Below, piece after piece: positions 14,896 through 27,774 of a stretch of 64,000 nucleotides of DNA; the stretch's first letter is position 1; each line of letters starts with the position of its first letter. The DNA comes from Eledone cirrhosa. Lineage: Eukaryota. The notes under the pieces are model-generated. The model was not told the DNA's origin. It did no database searches and saw nothing but the letters and a program-made list of their open reading frames with translations. The stretch is from positions 182,032,001 to 182,096,000 of the forward strand of contig OZ024743.1 in assembly GCA_964016885.1 (NCBI GenBank), given 5' to 3'. The translations under genes were made by a program, and so were the position numbers.

Positions 14896-15218
14896 TTTTC
14901 ATCGATATCTTTTCTTTCTTTCTCCCACTCCCTGTCTTCCTATGGAAGAAATCATTTGCGTTCAGACCTGGAGAAGGATGAGCCCCCGCTAGGTTAAAAA
15001 TGCCCAAGACGTGCCTATGTTACGATGGGGCCCACACGAGTCTATCAGAGGTTATGACTCCATATATATACGTGAAGATATTATTTGTCTGTCACACAGT
15101 TCTTCTCATGATGACAAATAGTATTGCAGTGTATAGGGGACGTTGTATAGTCGAACGGTTCAGGGATTTGTTATACAATGAACGCTGAGCGTTCCACACA
15201 CACATTCCAACACACGTT

Positions 15219-15263
<45 letters not shown>

Positions 15264-15555
15264 CCACACACACACGTTCCACACACACACACCTTCCTCA
15301 CACACACATTCCACACACACGTTCCACACACACACACACACACACACACGTTCCGCACATACGTTCCACACACATGTTCCACACACACACACATCCCTCG
15401 GTTTCTATTATATTTTACGTTATATTTTTACGTTTATAGGCATTTTTATGAACCACTTTCCAACGTTCGCAGTTTTTCACTCTTCGCGGGTGCTCTAGGA
15501 ACGTAACCCCTCGTGAATACCGCGAACACTGCGAATACAACTGTATATGTATGTA

Positions 15556-15800
15556 TGCATGTATGTATGTTTCTCGTTCTCTTAATGTCGAGTACATTTT
15601 TTACCACCTTCCTGGTGACAAGGTTGTAAAAGAAAAGAAATTGTCATCCTTGAATCGCTAGAATGTTTTGGAAATTTGGATGATTCCATTTGTAGTCCGT
15701 GAATTAGGGGGCTGCGCTCTTTTTCCACAAATCCAAGTTCAGTCATACTTTGGTCCAAATGTGTTGATATATAACTTGTAGCTCCAATAATGATGGGTAT
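15556..15800 (-). mobile_element. 3' fragment of R4/Dong-like LINE family 2
   Basis: Reverse complement matches 28515-28765 (IPIIIGAT...; attcaaggatgacaatttcttttctttt). Both ends abut CATA repeats. Confidence 0.8.
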
Positions 15801-17362
15801 GTATGTGTATATGTATATATGTATATATATATATAAATATTAAGGCCAGTTACTACAACGGTGCCATACCAGGTACGTACGTTTCGTTGGCCCTGAGAAC
15901 CAACTTATTCGTGTGTGTGTGTGTGCGCGCGCGCATGAGCTCACTCCTGCCCCTCGGGAATCCTTATTATGAGCCGTAAATACGTACATAGTCTCACATA
16001 TACATGTATACATATATATATACACGCACATTTATATACATATACATAAACACATAATTGCACAGACACACACGTGTGTGTGTGGGGGGGGTGATGCATA
16101 TATGGTGTTGGAAACCGAATTAAAGCTAATTTATTAAAAATGAAATTCCAATAGGTTTGTTTTTTTAATTTTCCGACTCTCTTTTCTGTTTATTAGTAAA
16201 ACTATAGAAGACTTCATTTGAGCACGAGCTTCATGCGTAGTGTTTATGAAGTTCCAGTCAGACAATATTTTATTTCAAACAATAGTTGACGCCAGCCAGG
16301 ATTAACGACCGATGTTCATAAAAATGAGGTGGATGATAATATAGATAAGATTTTAAATAACTTCAGCTTAAGTGTTGAGCTCTAAAATATAGCGGTTTCC
16401 AGAAATTGATGTTGTCTTTTAATAGAACGAAATTTAATGGGATCTTGTTTTGTTTTGTTTTGTTTTATTTTGTTTTTTAATTCTTTATTGCCTGGCAAGA
16501 CACTTAATCTGAGAATGTTTGTTGAAACTGAAGTATTTATATCATGGAGAAATTATTTTTATTATTTAAAGCACACTTAAAATCGGGATGTTAGCAGCCC
16601 GTCTGTGGAAGGAGCCCCTCAAGGTGTGTGGCTATTGCAGCGTGTGTCGCAGGCCATTGTCTGCGGATATGCCTTTGCCATTTTGTCCTCGAGACGCAGC
16701 TGAAACACGACCCAACCTAGGCACAGAGCCTGTCACCGTCTCCCCCTCACTTTCTTCCGTGTCCAAATAGTTCTTGCTCTTTCCCTCCTTTTCCTCTGAT
16801 TTATGGCATTTATAGTCCTTTCCTCTACTCTCCTATACAGCCAAATCTGATCTTCTTTACCCTTTCACCACTTTTAGCTTTTTTTTTATATATTTCCATC
16901 ATTGTATAACTTCTGTCTGTAAAATATAGTTGACATAATGTTTATATATAACATAAATATAAATATAAATCAGTAATTTTTCTGGGTTGTCTCTGTTGAT
17001 ATTTTTTTTTTAAAAATGAATTAATGGTTTAGTTTACATATTGAGACCCCAACCAATCCTATTTATTTTATAACTTATGGGATTTCTAGTAATGTAATTT
17101 TGGTCATGTATAATGTTTTTTAATGCATAAAGAAAATAAACTGTCGCAGGAATGTTACAACTTAAAATAAAATTTCGTCGCGGAGATAATTTAGCAAAAT
17201 TTAATAAGCGTGGTGAAGGCGGGGTCGAGATGCGGGAGTATGTAAAACACTGTATTTTTTTGGTACCTTTTACAGACTTGCCGACCTTAAAAAATCCAAA
17301 CGTGGAGTACCATGAGAGTGCTCCAAAACGGGGAGAAACGAGTAAAAATTGGAAGATTTTAC

Positions 17363-17549
17363 ATAATTGTTTCTACTTTAGGCACAAGGCCAGCAATTAC
17401 CCAGTGCATTACTGGTACTTTATTTTATCGACCCCGTAAGGATGAAAGACAAAGTTAACCTCGGTGGGATTTGAACTCAGATCGTAAAGGGACGTAACTA
17501 TGCTGGAAAGCATGGCGTCCGACCCTCTACGGATACTGCCAATCCACCG
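17363..17549 (-). mobile_element. SINE family B
   Basis: Near-identical reverse complement of 14297-14480. Confidence 0.85.
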
Positions 17550-17757
17550 TCCAGATTTTACATAATGAAAGCTATACCGATTTTCATAAGAGAAGACATC
17601 TCTCACCCACATCAAAGTGGGTGGAAAATCTCCCCGTCGGGTGGGGAGAGTTGACAGATCAGCCTTAATGGCGCTGTCTTGGACATTTAAACTTGGTGAA
17701 GCCAATCTCATGTCTAGGTCGTAACACAGCCGCTTTCTTCCAGAGAGATAAACAGAC

Positions 17758-18105
17758 TGTAGCAAGAGTTGCCTCCCTTGTTGTGACGAAAACATCACCA
17801 ATAGAGTAACGCTCTCTAGACAGGAAGTAGCTGGAGTTGCTTCCCGTTGGGGTGGCAGAACCCTTTTTGTCACTTCCGTTCCAGCATCTATAAAGGGAAT
17901 AACTTTCAGCTCCCTATCTCTCATTTGCCTTTTCGGCAACCAAACGGTAACTAATAACTTTGCTTCATTCTTTCATCTATTCATTGACATGTCAACTATA
18001 CTGTTCTATATAACCACAAATTGTTGATTAAATAGTTATACACACAAACCACGTCTCTTGTTATATTCATACACACCAGTATTATGCTATAAGTGGTGAC
18101 CCCGA
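17758..18105 (+). mobile_element. LTR (TGTAGCA...TGCTATA) followed by a tRNA-Trp-type primer binding site
   Basis: Terminal inverted heptamers, an internal tataaa, a 2-nt spacer, then TGGTGACCCCGA (18094-18105), complementary to the 3' end of tRNA-Trp. No gag/pol is recognisable downstream. Confidence 0.75.
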
Positions 18106-19067
18106 AAAAAGAAAAAAATAGCAGAATCTGGTGTTGTTTGAGTAACATTACGAATACGCAGCAGATTTTATTGACAAACTAGGAAAATACGCAGACACAG
18201 AAACGAACACACGCACATGTGAAATTCTCGTTCGGACAGACTCTTTTTCTCTCACGCACGTGTCGTACATCAACTAACTGTCGCATTTCACTGTATATAT
18301 ATATGTTTTTCGTTTCTTCTTACAACGAACACTTTAAAAACAAACAAAAAAAGAAATTTTATTTTTTTTTTACACATTTCAACATGAACATTTATTTTCG
18401 ATGAATCTCAACTATTGCTTTTTTTCATCGTTTTCTTCATCGTTCAAGTTTTTTTCATCGTTCACAAAAAAAATTGAACTCGCCATATTTGTTATACTAA
18501 GTGAAGCCTTTCTTTCTTTTTCATCATATTGTCACGTTCACACACACATTTTTCAAAATGGCTGCCAACGACCTGTTGCACTATCATTTTCACGCCATTT
18601 TCTCGCGCAATAGAAATTTTTTTCTTTTCTTAACTTAACCTTGTTTCGGCACGTGTAGGCAGCAGACATCTCGACTCACTGAGATAACCACACGCCAGAG
18701 ATAACGTTTCTCGCCAAGGATTCTCCAGCCTTAAGCTATATTCTCCTATTTGCCGGTTTAAAAATTTACCACGTAAATTTGCCGTTGAAAACTGCGCATT
18801 TATTCAGAATGCTTATTTCTTTGGTCGCTGGCCTCAAACAAACAGAGAGACAGACAGACAAACAGAGAGTCAGACAGACATAAAGGCAGACAGAACCGCC
18901 ACAGTCCTCGACAGGTACTATTTAACGATCTCGAAAGTATGAATAGCTATGATGACCTTGGCTAGATTTGAACTTAGAGCGCAATGAGCAGGAAAAAATA
19001 CCGAGATATTTTTAATCCGACGCCCCGAACCACCACTCTGCAAAGTAGCATTTATTATTATTTTGTT

Positions 19068-19117
<50 letters not shown>

Positions 19118-19260
19118 CGATAGAAGGAGTATAATAAACAAAGAGTAGATAATCAGGCGGTGGTCCGCGTGCTTGCCAGGAATAGATGTGATGGTAGCGA
19201 GTAGTAAATAGGTAGACTAGCGGCACTACTGATATAGCCGCCACCTTTAGAGGTGTAGCT

Positions 19261-19336
<76 letters not shown>

Positions 19337-19423
19337 ACACCTATATATATATATATATATATATATAAATATATATATATATATGCATATAGATAGATAC
19401 ACATATATCATATATCTATATAT

Positions 19424-19532
<109 letters not shown>

Positions 19533-19659
19533 CATATATATATGCATATATATATATATATACACATATACAGACACACATATATAATATATATATAAAC
19601 AGACATACGCACACACACACACACACATATACATACAACATACATCTATAAAGATGTAT

Positions 19660-19711
<52 letters not shown>

Positions 19712-19726
19712 CATACACCTACAAAG

Positions 19727-19757
<31 letters not shown>

Positions 19758-19879
19758 AGCACGGCAGTTAGAACCAAACTTAGCAGCAGATACAATTGCA
19801 CTTTTATCATTCTCTATTTGTTTATATTTATTTATATCTCGCCTGCCATTATTATTTCGTCTGCAAATAGGCGTGATAA

Positions 19880-19959
<80 letters not shown>

Positions 19960-19968
19960 GTTTGCGTG

Positions 19969-19999
<31 letters not shown>

Positions 20000-21132
20000 T
20001 ATGTATGTATGTATGTATATACATATAAACATGAGAACACTCATCGCTAGAACACCCAGCCGTTCTAATATGCTGACAAAATGCAGTCAAAGCAAAGGCA
20101 TTGATGGGCAAAATTCCTCAGAGGACAGAGACCGACGGCCAGTGGTTAACAGAGAGACAATCCACAAGGTGGGTGACAGGCAGATGAAATATAGAAAAAT
20201 TTGATAGAGCGGGAGGACAAAGAGAAGTGTACTGGCGCACAGAAGTGACTGGAAGAAGAAAATAAAGAAAGGTGATGTACAAGACAAGTTTACATACACA
20301 CATTTTCACTCTCATCAGTTCTCAAACCAGCAAAATGGTTTCGCACGATTTAATTGAAAGTACCATTTCATGCAACAGAAAAATAAATCTTTCTTCTGGT
20401 ATGATGTGTGTGTGTGATAAAACAAGCATACATATATATATTTTAGTCTCAGTCTTGCCTGTAAGATAAATAACACTGGCATGTATAGTGTCTCTATGGC
20501 CTATGTTAGAGTATGTTTTGAAACCTTAAGTAGCAAGCAACTGAGTTGCGAAATTTATTATATATATATATATATATGGTATCTTAATGATGCTGGCTTC
20601 CGATACTACCGATGATTTCGTTTCAATATTATTATTTTAACTCACAGGATAAGCCGCATACAAATTGTAAGTTGAACATTTTACTCTGTTTTATAGTTCG
20701 ATTTTTATTAATTGTTTACACTTTTGTCTTTGCTTTCTATACAGAAGGCCTGGTCGAGTGCTTCCATGGCTTATTCTTTACTTTTTTCAATTCGTAAAAA
20801 TGACCAATGTGTTCCTCAAAAATAGGGAATACTAGCTTAGCTTCCTTTCACTGTTACATGACACTGAAAGTGGCGCCGACTACTGTAACGGCGATTCCAC
20901 ACCGAATACAGTGGGCTAGTGTTTGACCTGTTCCAAGGAGGCTAACTTCCTGCTGAGGAAGTTACTCTTAGCCGATTAAGTAATGTTGAATAGCATTACC
21001 TAATTTCTGTGCACGCCAGTCCAACATGGACTGTCGCCAGCAGATGGGGTAACAGAAACTAGTGCCTTAGTCCGGTGACAGAGAATTAAATTCTCTATCC
21101 ACACATATAATGCATTATATAAATATTATATA

Positions 21133-22067
21133 CTAGCAGTAAAGCCCGGCGTTGCTCGGGGTCGCTCAGTAGCTGTGTTAAAGTTACAATGTTAAGTTTC
21201 TTTCTTGGCTTAAAAACTGTAGTGTCTACTGTGCAGACTTGCATGTGGTGTTTTTGATTAATATTCCCTCAACCAACAATATGCCTTATGAAGTTAAGAA
21301 AACATAACGATAACCCGAATGTTATAACAAAAGAGGATGCTGGGGATAGAAACTGCACTGGTTATTTATTAACAAAGATCGAAAATGTAAACACTGCAAC
21401 GCAGAGAAAAACATTAGCGTAACCAAATGATCAGTTATGTCTGTCTGCACGCCTATATCACCTCTCTGCACGACTGTCTGTCTGCACGCCTATATCACCT
21501 CTCTGCACGACTATCTGTCTGCACGCCTATATCACCTCTCTGCACGACTGTCTGTCTGCACGCCTATATCACCTCTCTGCACGACTGTCTGTCTGCACGA
21601 CTGTCTGTCTGCACGCCTAACGACGAAATATTTGCTTGTTTTACGTAGTCTTTAAATAGACTTGTTTTCAAGTAAAAATATTGTTTTAAAATGCTTTTAA
21701 ATGGAAATGAAGCAAAACGGAAGCTTAGTGTTCGAACTGATGAATTTTGCAGGTCAATATTTTGCTGGCTCGACAACTGTAAATGTCATTTTAAACGCTG
21801 AGAAAGCCAGCGTAATTTTTTACGTAAGACGCTCAATGTAAACAGAACAAAGGGAAATAACTGATCACTTACGCTCAAAAATCGATACATTATATTCGAT
21901 TTCGTCACATAGGGTGGGTCAATTTGAAATATTTTTTTTCCGATGTCTTCGCTAGGGCTCAATGTACAAGTCTAGCAATTTCGGTGCAATTCCGTGAGAG
22001 ATTCTAAGAGGAGATGTGTGCCAAAAATCGATAGACAGACAGACAACCACAGTTTTATATATATAGA
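21133..22067 (-). mobile_element. Non-autonomous Helitron with an internal ~40-bp tandem array
   Basis: Minus strand: A|TCTATATATATAAAACTG...(TCTG)n 5' end; 3' hairpin cccgagcaacgccggg then CTAG|T. Tandem unit ctgtctgcacgcctatatcacctctctgcacga at 21440-21620. Confidence 0.85.
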
Positions 22068-22105
22068 TAAGTGTCTAGAAGTAATACACATATACATTCC
22101 CACCT

Positions 22106-22190
<85 letters not shown>

Positions 22191-22193
<3 letters not shown>

Positions 22194-22312
22194 TGAAGGC
22201 GTGTGGCTGAGTGGTTAGAGAATTGGATTCGCAATCGTAAGGTTGTGAGTTCGATTCCTGGACCAGGCGATGCGTTATGTCCTTGAGCAAGACACTTTAT
22301 TTCACGTTGCTC
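22191..22312 (+). mobile_element. tRNA-derived SINE family A (5' part)
   Basis: A-box tggctgagtgg, B-box gttcgattcc, then tgtccttgagcaagacactttatttcacgttgctcc. Confidence 0.85.
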
Positions 22313-22743
22313 CTTCTACCTGGAGTTGCGACCGATAGATAGTATTAGCAATTGGAAAGACCAACGGAAACATTGTTCCCTCGGTCCGATTTGACGAAAA
22401 GTCGATCGTCCTTTAATATATATATATATGTATGTGGGGGGGGGGGAATGTATATGTGTATTACTTCTAGACACTTATATATAATATTTATATAATGCAT
22501 TATAAACAGACACATATCTAAATATAACACACACACATATACTTATAAACACACACATATACACACATATATACATACACACACATGCACATACTCATAT
22601 ATACATTCATTCCTTCATATACTTTTTCTTCATGCTGCCATATATTCTGATATGTCAAATATGTTCTCTCTCAATTAATTTCTATATACGTTTATGTGAA
22701 TATATTGTATTGTCTGATTCATATATATGTGTGTATGTATGTA

Positions 22744-22815
22744 TGTATGAGACAATACAACATAATCTTCCCATATATACGTATATGGGAAGATTATGTT
22801 GTATTGTCTCATACA
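22744..22815. repeat. Perfect 72-bp hairpin (34-bp arms, tacg loop)
   Basis: tgtatgagacaatacaacataatcttcccatata-tacg-tatatgggaagattatgttgtattgtctcataca. Confidence 0.9.
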
Positions 22816-22823
22816 CCATACAT

Positions 22824-23149
22824 GGTGGCTGCCAACTCGTTTTCGAGCACGGCCACTACTTTATATCCATGTAGGAGAACCCCTACCGATGCGCTGAACG
22901 AATGTGACTTTTTAGTCCAGCCAGCGACAAGTGCAGAGAGATCTCCACATATAAAGCAATGCCTGTGCCGTGAAGCTTTTATAGTGAGCAAAGGCACTGC
23001 ACAAAGCCAGTCCCACTCTCTTAACCAAGATGATATTTACCAAAAAGAAGAACAAGTCAACATCATTGGATACCATCAGGGTTGCAGGTGTTATACAGAG
23101 TTTTCCTTCTCCTAGAATTCTGCCTTAACAAAGGCTAAGGGGTCATCTC
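22824..23149 (-). mobile_element. Truncated and internally deleted copy of the RTE-derived bipartite element
   Basis: Matches 27090-27495 with an internal deletion; flanked by CATA repeats. Confidence 0.85.
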
Positions 23150-23293
23150 ATACATACATACACACATACATACATACATACATACATACATACATACATA
23201 CATACAACCATACACACATACACACACACATACATACATACATACATACATACATACATACATACATACATACATACATACATACATACATAC

Positions 23294-26200
23294 AAAGACA
23301 GTCAACGCGATCAGTCGCATATTTTGGCGTGGGAGACTATTTATTAAATTTAAGATGAATACTATCTCCGACAGTAATGCCACAACTACAGTCAGGTTGA
23401 ATAACTGGTTATTCTTCTAACTATCCCTTCTGAAGACACCTTTTATTCGAATTCGTAGAGATATCCGACTAAATACATAATTCATTTTACAAGGATTTGC
23501 TACAAACAGCATGGCTGAACACAACATCAACAAAAAAATTTAGGAAGTATCGAAGACAAATAACAAAGAAGGTAATCAAACTTTATTCCGTTGTAGCTAC
23601 AGAAGAAACCGAAATTATAAATCGCATTTGTCTTGGAGTTGCGAACTTAATAATGATTTATTTAATTGTTATAAAATGGCAAAAAAACAATCCCTCCATT
23701 GGATTGGCTATATGAATAGAATGAAGCTACACTGGGACAAAATGCACCCAGAGCTAAATTATTTCACAGCGAAACAATTACGCCAACAAGCGACGTTTGT
23801 TGAACGTAAAAATAAGATAAATATTATTAATTGTAAGTCCCCCACAACAAACATGTTATCAACAACACGTGCTACAGGTCGCCATGCTACTAGACTTTCT
23901 AGCAGCCAGGTCGAACAGCGCCTTGAAACAACTATGCCTGTAAGAAACTTGACACCACCTGTACCATCTAAGTCTACCTCGAATGCTGGAGAAAACACTA
24001 TCGATAATAATAATAATCGAAGAAATAATAATAATAATCGAATAAATGTGACACCACGTGTACCATCCGAGTCTACCTCGACTGTTGTGAAAAATACTAT
24101 CGATAATGATAATCAAAAGTATAAATAATTGAAAATTTCCCTCAACGAAATTTTCCAGAGAGAAATTAACTCATGTATAAATATCTCTCTTGCTGAACGT
24201 GTTAAAACGACAATGGTGAATAAAAAACCAAATAATGAAATACTACGTGTTATTGACGAAATAGGGGATGAATATTTACGACGGATAAAAACCCCAACAT
24301 TTTGGCAAATCAACGCCTGTTTATATGCCTTAGCAATGACAGTGAAGCATTATCTTGGTGATAGCAGAGATATTAACAAGAACAAAACACCACCAAAAAT
24401 ACCATCATATATAACTAAAATAGAAAAAAAGAGTGCTGACCTACGAAAAAACATAGGATATGTGACAATGCTCCTTACATGCAAACAAGCACAAAAAAAC
24501 CTCACTCCTCACCAACAAAGAGTGAAAAATAAAATAGAGACGTGATAGGAAAACTCCAAGATAAGAAAACACCAGGAAGAGACATGATTGTCGGCTACTG
24601 GTACAAACAACTAATATTCTATCGGAGGTATCTTACTGACCTCTACCAACAAGTTCTTAAGGGAGATACACTTATACCAGAATGGTTGACATTAGCACAA
24701 ACGTTACTGGTCCCCAAGAACAAAGACACCCACTTGGCAAAAAACTACCGACCCATTGCATGCCAGAACCTGATGTATAAGATGTATACAGCCTGCCTGA
24801 ACCTATTCCTCCAAGATCACAGTGAAAATAATAACATCATCACAGATGAACAAGCAGCTGGAAAGAAAGGGGTTTGGGGATGTGCTGAACAACTCCTAAT
24901 CAACAAAACTGCGATGTCGGAGGTGCGACAACTTAGGAGGAATATGACTACAGTTTGGCTGGACTACAGGAAAGCTTTCGATTCTGTTCCCCACTCTTGG
25001 ATGATAGAGGCCCTCCAACTTGCTAAAGTCCCAGACATTATTGTCAGAGCCATGGAGAGGCTGTCTTCTTCTTGGGCTACTATCCTAAGGTTAAAGACAG
25101 AGAGGGAAGACTCTATTTTCACTGATAAAATAAAATATTGCAGAGGTATATTTCAGGGGGACAGTCTCTCTGTGATATTGTTCATCTTGTCATTAAACCC
25201 CTTGTCCTTTCTGTTCAAGAAATGTGAGGGATACATCATTGGCTCACAGGAGGACAGAAATACGAACCTAACCCATAATTTCTTTGTGGACGATCTGAAA
25301 CTCTATGCCAAGAACATGGATGGGATGAAGAAAAATCTTGACCTGGTTACAACGTTCTCAAATATATAGGAATGGAGTTTGGCCAAGATAAATGCTCATA
25401 CATGACTGTAAAGCGGGGAAAAACAACAACCCAATCTAACAACATTGTCATCAATAGGCCTAACTGTTTCACCGATATCTGATGAAGACTGCTACAGATA
25501 CCTGGGGATAGATGAGAACATATCCTATAATGGTATCTGTAATAAAGAACGCGTAACTAGGGAATACTACACCCGATTAAGAAAGATCTGGTCATCGGAA
25601 CTCTCTGCGCAAAACAAAACAGTGGCTCACAATGTGTTTGCTGTGCCTGTCCTAACACCAACGATAGACGAAATCCGAGCAGTTGATGTTGGAACTCGAA
25701 AAATACTGAACAACACCCGAAACTTCCACATCAACAGTGACATAGACCGCCTTTACTTGAAACGTAAGCAGGGAGGCAGAGGCCTAACATCAGTCCAGAC
25801 AACATTTGAATGTCGCATCATATCTCTCCGACAACATCTACGAACCTCGAAGCGTAGGAGCCCGTTTCTCGAGCAAGTCTATCTGCATGAAACAGATAAG
25901 GTCATGAGAGTTGGGAAGGAATTCCTTGAGAGATATTCCCTGTGTGATAATCAAAAACTCACACCCAGGGATGTCGCTCAGCAGTATCGCAGTGAATCCA
26001 TGGATGAAAAACTGCATGCCTATCAGCAAAAAATCATGCATGGATATGTTGCCAGGAAGCTCCAGAGTGAGAGTAATATAGATAAGGAAAGTAGTCTATC
26101 TTGGACCAACAACCGCTATATTAGCTCTCACTTTGAAGGATACGCTTTTGCAATCCAGGAACAGGAGATTAGCACGAAATACCTGATTCACAAAAGAGAT

Positions 26201-27058
26201 AGGGATGCAGGCAAAACACCTAGATGTGATAACAAGTGCAGACTCTGCAGAACTAATATCGAGGATATCACCCATGTCATCAGCAGCTGTCCAAAGATGT
26301 CATCGCGCTACTATCTACCTATGAGGCATGATGTAGTGGCCAAAACACTGTACAATGCAGTTCGTAAAAAAGATAGCCCCGATAATAAACACATTAAAAG
26401 CTACAACAATGTGGAAGACATCCATGTATATAATATGAAAGAGTACTGGTGGAATGTTCCAGTAAAAACCCCAATAAAATGCAGGCATAACAGACCAGAT
26501 AGTATGATATGGGACAGAGAGAAGAAAACATGCACAGTAGTGGAAATTAGCTGCCCAGCAGATGCCAATATAATATCAAAGATTAGTGAAAAGGAGAATA
26601 TTTATGCAGAACTGATGAGAAATCTGCAGATACTCCACCCTGATTACACCTTCAGATTTATGCCTGTGATTATTGGGGCACTGGGATATGTTAGTAACTG
26701 CCTCAATACAAATCTTGAGAAGCTAGGCTTCACAGGAACAGAAAGAACACAACTAGTTAGGAAATTACAAGTACAATCCATTAATGGAACAGTAAAAATA
26801 TGAAAAACATTCCAAAAATTTTGCATCTAGTAACTGCATATACACATGTCCAGATACAAAGTATACACACATGCACACATACAACTCAAAACTTACACAT
26901 CCACACATACAATAACATCCATATCTACACATGCATGCATACATACATATCTACCTAGTTGATGTTGTGTAAATTCTAATGAGAAAGTCTTGTGTCTATG
27001 TTAGAAACCAACTCTCTCTCTATTGGTAAAACTTTGTGAAATTATAAAACCAGAAGAA
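23294..27058 (+). mobile_element. R4/Dong-clade non-LTR retrotransposon (RT + CCHC + restriction-like endonuclease), disrupted
   Basis: N-terminus GYMNRMKLHW..KQLRQQ; RT motifs NYRPIAC, LDYRKAFDSVPH, GIFQGDSLS, FVDDLKLY; CRLC..EDITHVISSC zinc knuckle, RHD, RPD..VEISCP. Frameshifts near 25367 and 25445 and an apparent deletion near 24542. (CATA)n on both sides. Confidence 0.92.
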
Positions 27059-27089
27059 CATACATACATACATACATACATACATACAT

Positions 27090-27685
27090 GGTGGCTGCCA
27101 ACTCGTTTTCGAGTACGGCCACTACCTTATATCCATGTAGGAGAACCCATACCGATGCGCTGAACGAGTGTGACTTTTTAGTCCAGTTAGCGACTTGAAA
27201 ACTCTGGTACAAACACTACACTTGCGACAATTATTGACACATAGTGCTCGGCCCATGGTACCATGTGACGACAAGTGCAGAGAGATCTCCAGATATAAAG
27301 CAATGCCTGTGCCGTGAAGCTTTTATAGTGAGCAAAGGCACTGCACAAAGCCAGTCCCACTCTCTTAACCAAGATGATATTTACCAAAAAGAATAACAAG
27401 TCAACATCATTGGATACCATCAGGGTTGCAGGTGTTATATCAGAGTTTTCCTTCTCCTAGAATTCTGCCTTGACAAAGACTAAGGGGTCATCTCTCCCGG
27501 TGATTTTGGATGGCCATTGACTCTTAAGAGCTCCTTCGCCCTTTGACAGGTTTTGTTTTTAGTCCTGCAGGATGTCCAAAGTCACCCTCCTCACCAAGAA
27601 ACCTTGGTGGGGTCGCCAACGACCCGACCATGGGACAGGTTGTACTGGAATACATGTTACCAGTAGCACCAACTAGTGACCTGAC
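27090..27685 (-). mobile_element. ~600-bp non-autonomous RTE-derived (bipartite) element with a (TATG)n tail
   Basis: 5' part carries the RTE-5'UTR-like ctaggagaaggaaaactctg; 3' part encodes a C2H2-like CSVCTRVFKSLAGLKSHTRSAH*. Near-identical copy at 38774-39382. Confidence 0.75.
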
Positions 27686-27774
27686 ACATACATACACACA
27701 TACATACATACATACATACATACATACATACATACATACATACATACATACATACATACATACATACATACATA

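Noticed and set aside
20040-20290. RTE-like 3' relic (RQSTRWV..)
   Set aside because: Only a few matching residues; insufficient evidence.
20953-21070. RNase P-like motifs GAGGAAGTTACT ... AACAGAAACTAGTGCCTTA
   Set aside because: The P4 pairing is imperfect, the span is too short, and the first motif is sequestered in a local hairpin. The region is kept only as a generic structured segment.
22196-22270. tRNA gene
   Set aside because: A/B boxes are present but there is no clean cloverleaf, and it runs into a SINE body found in several copies.
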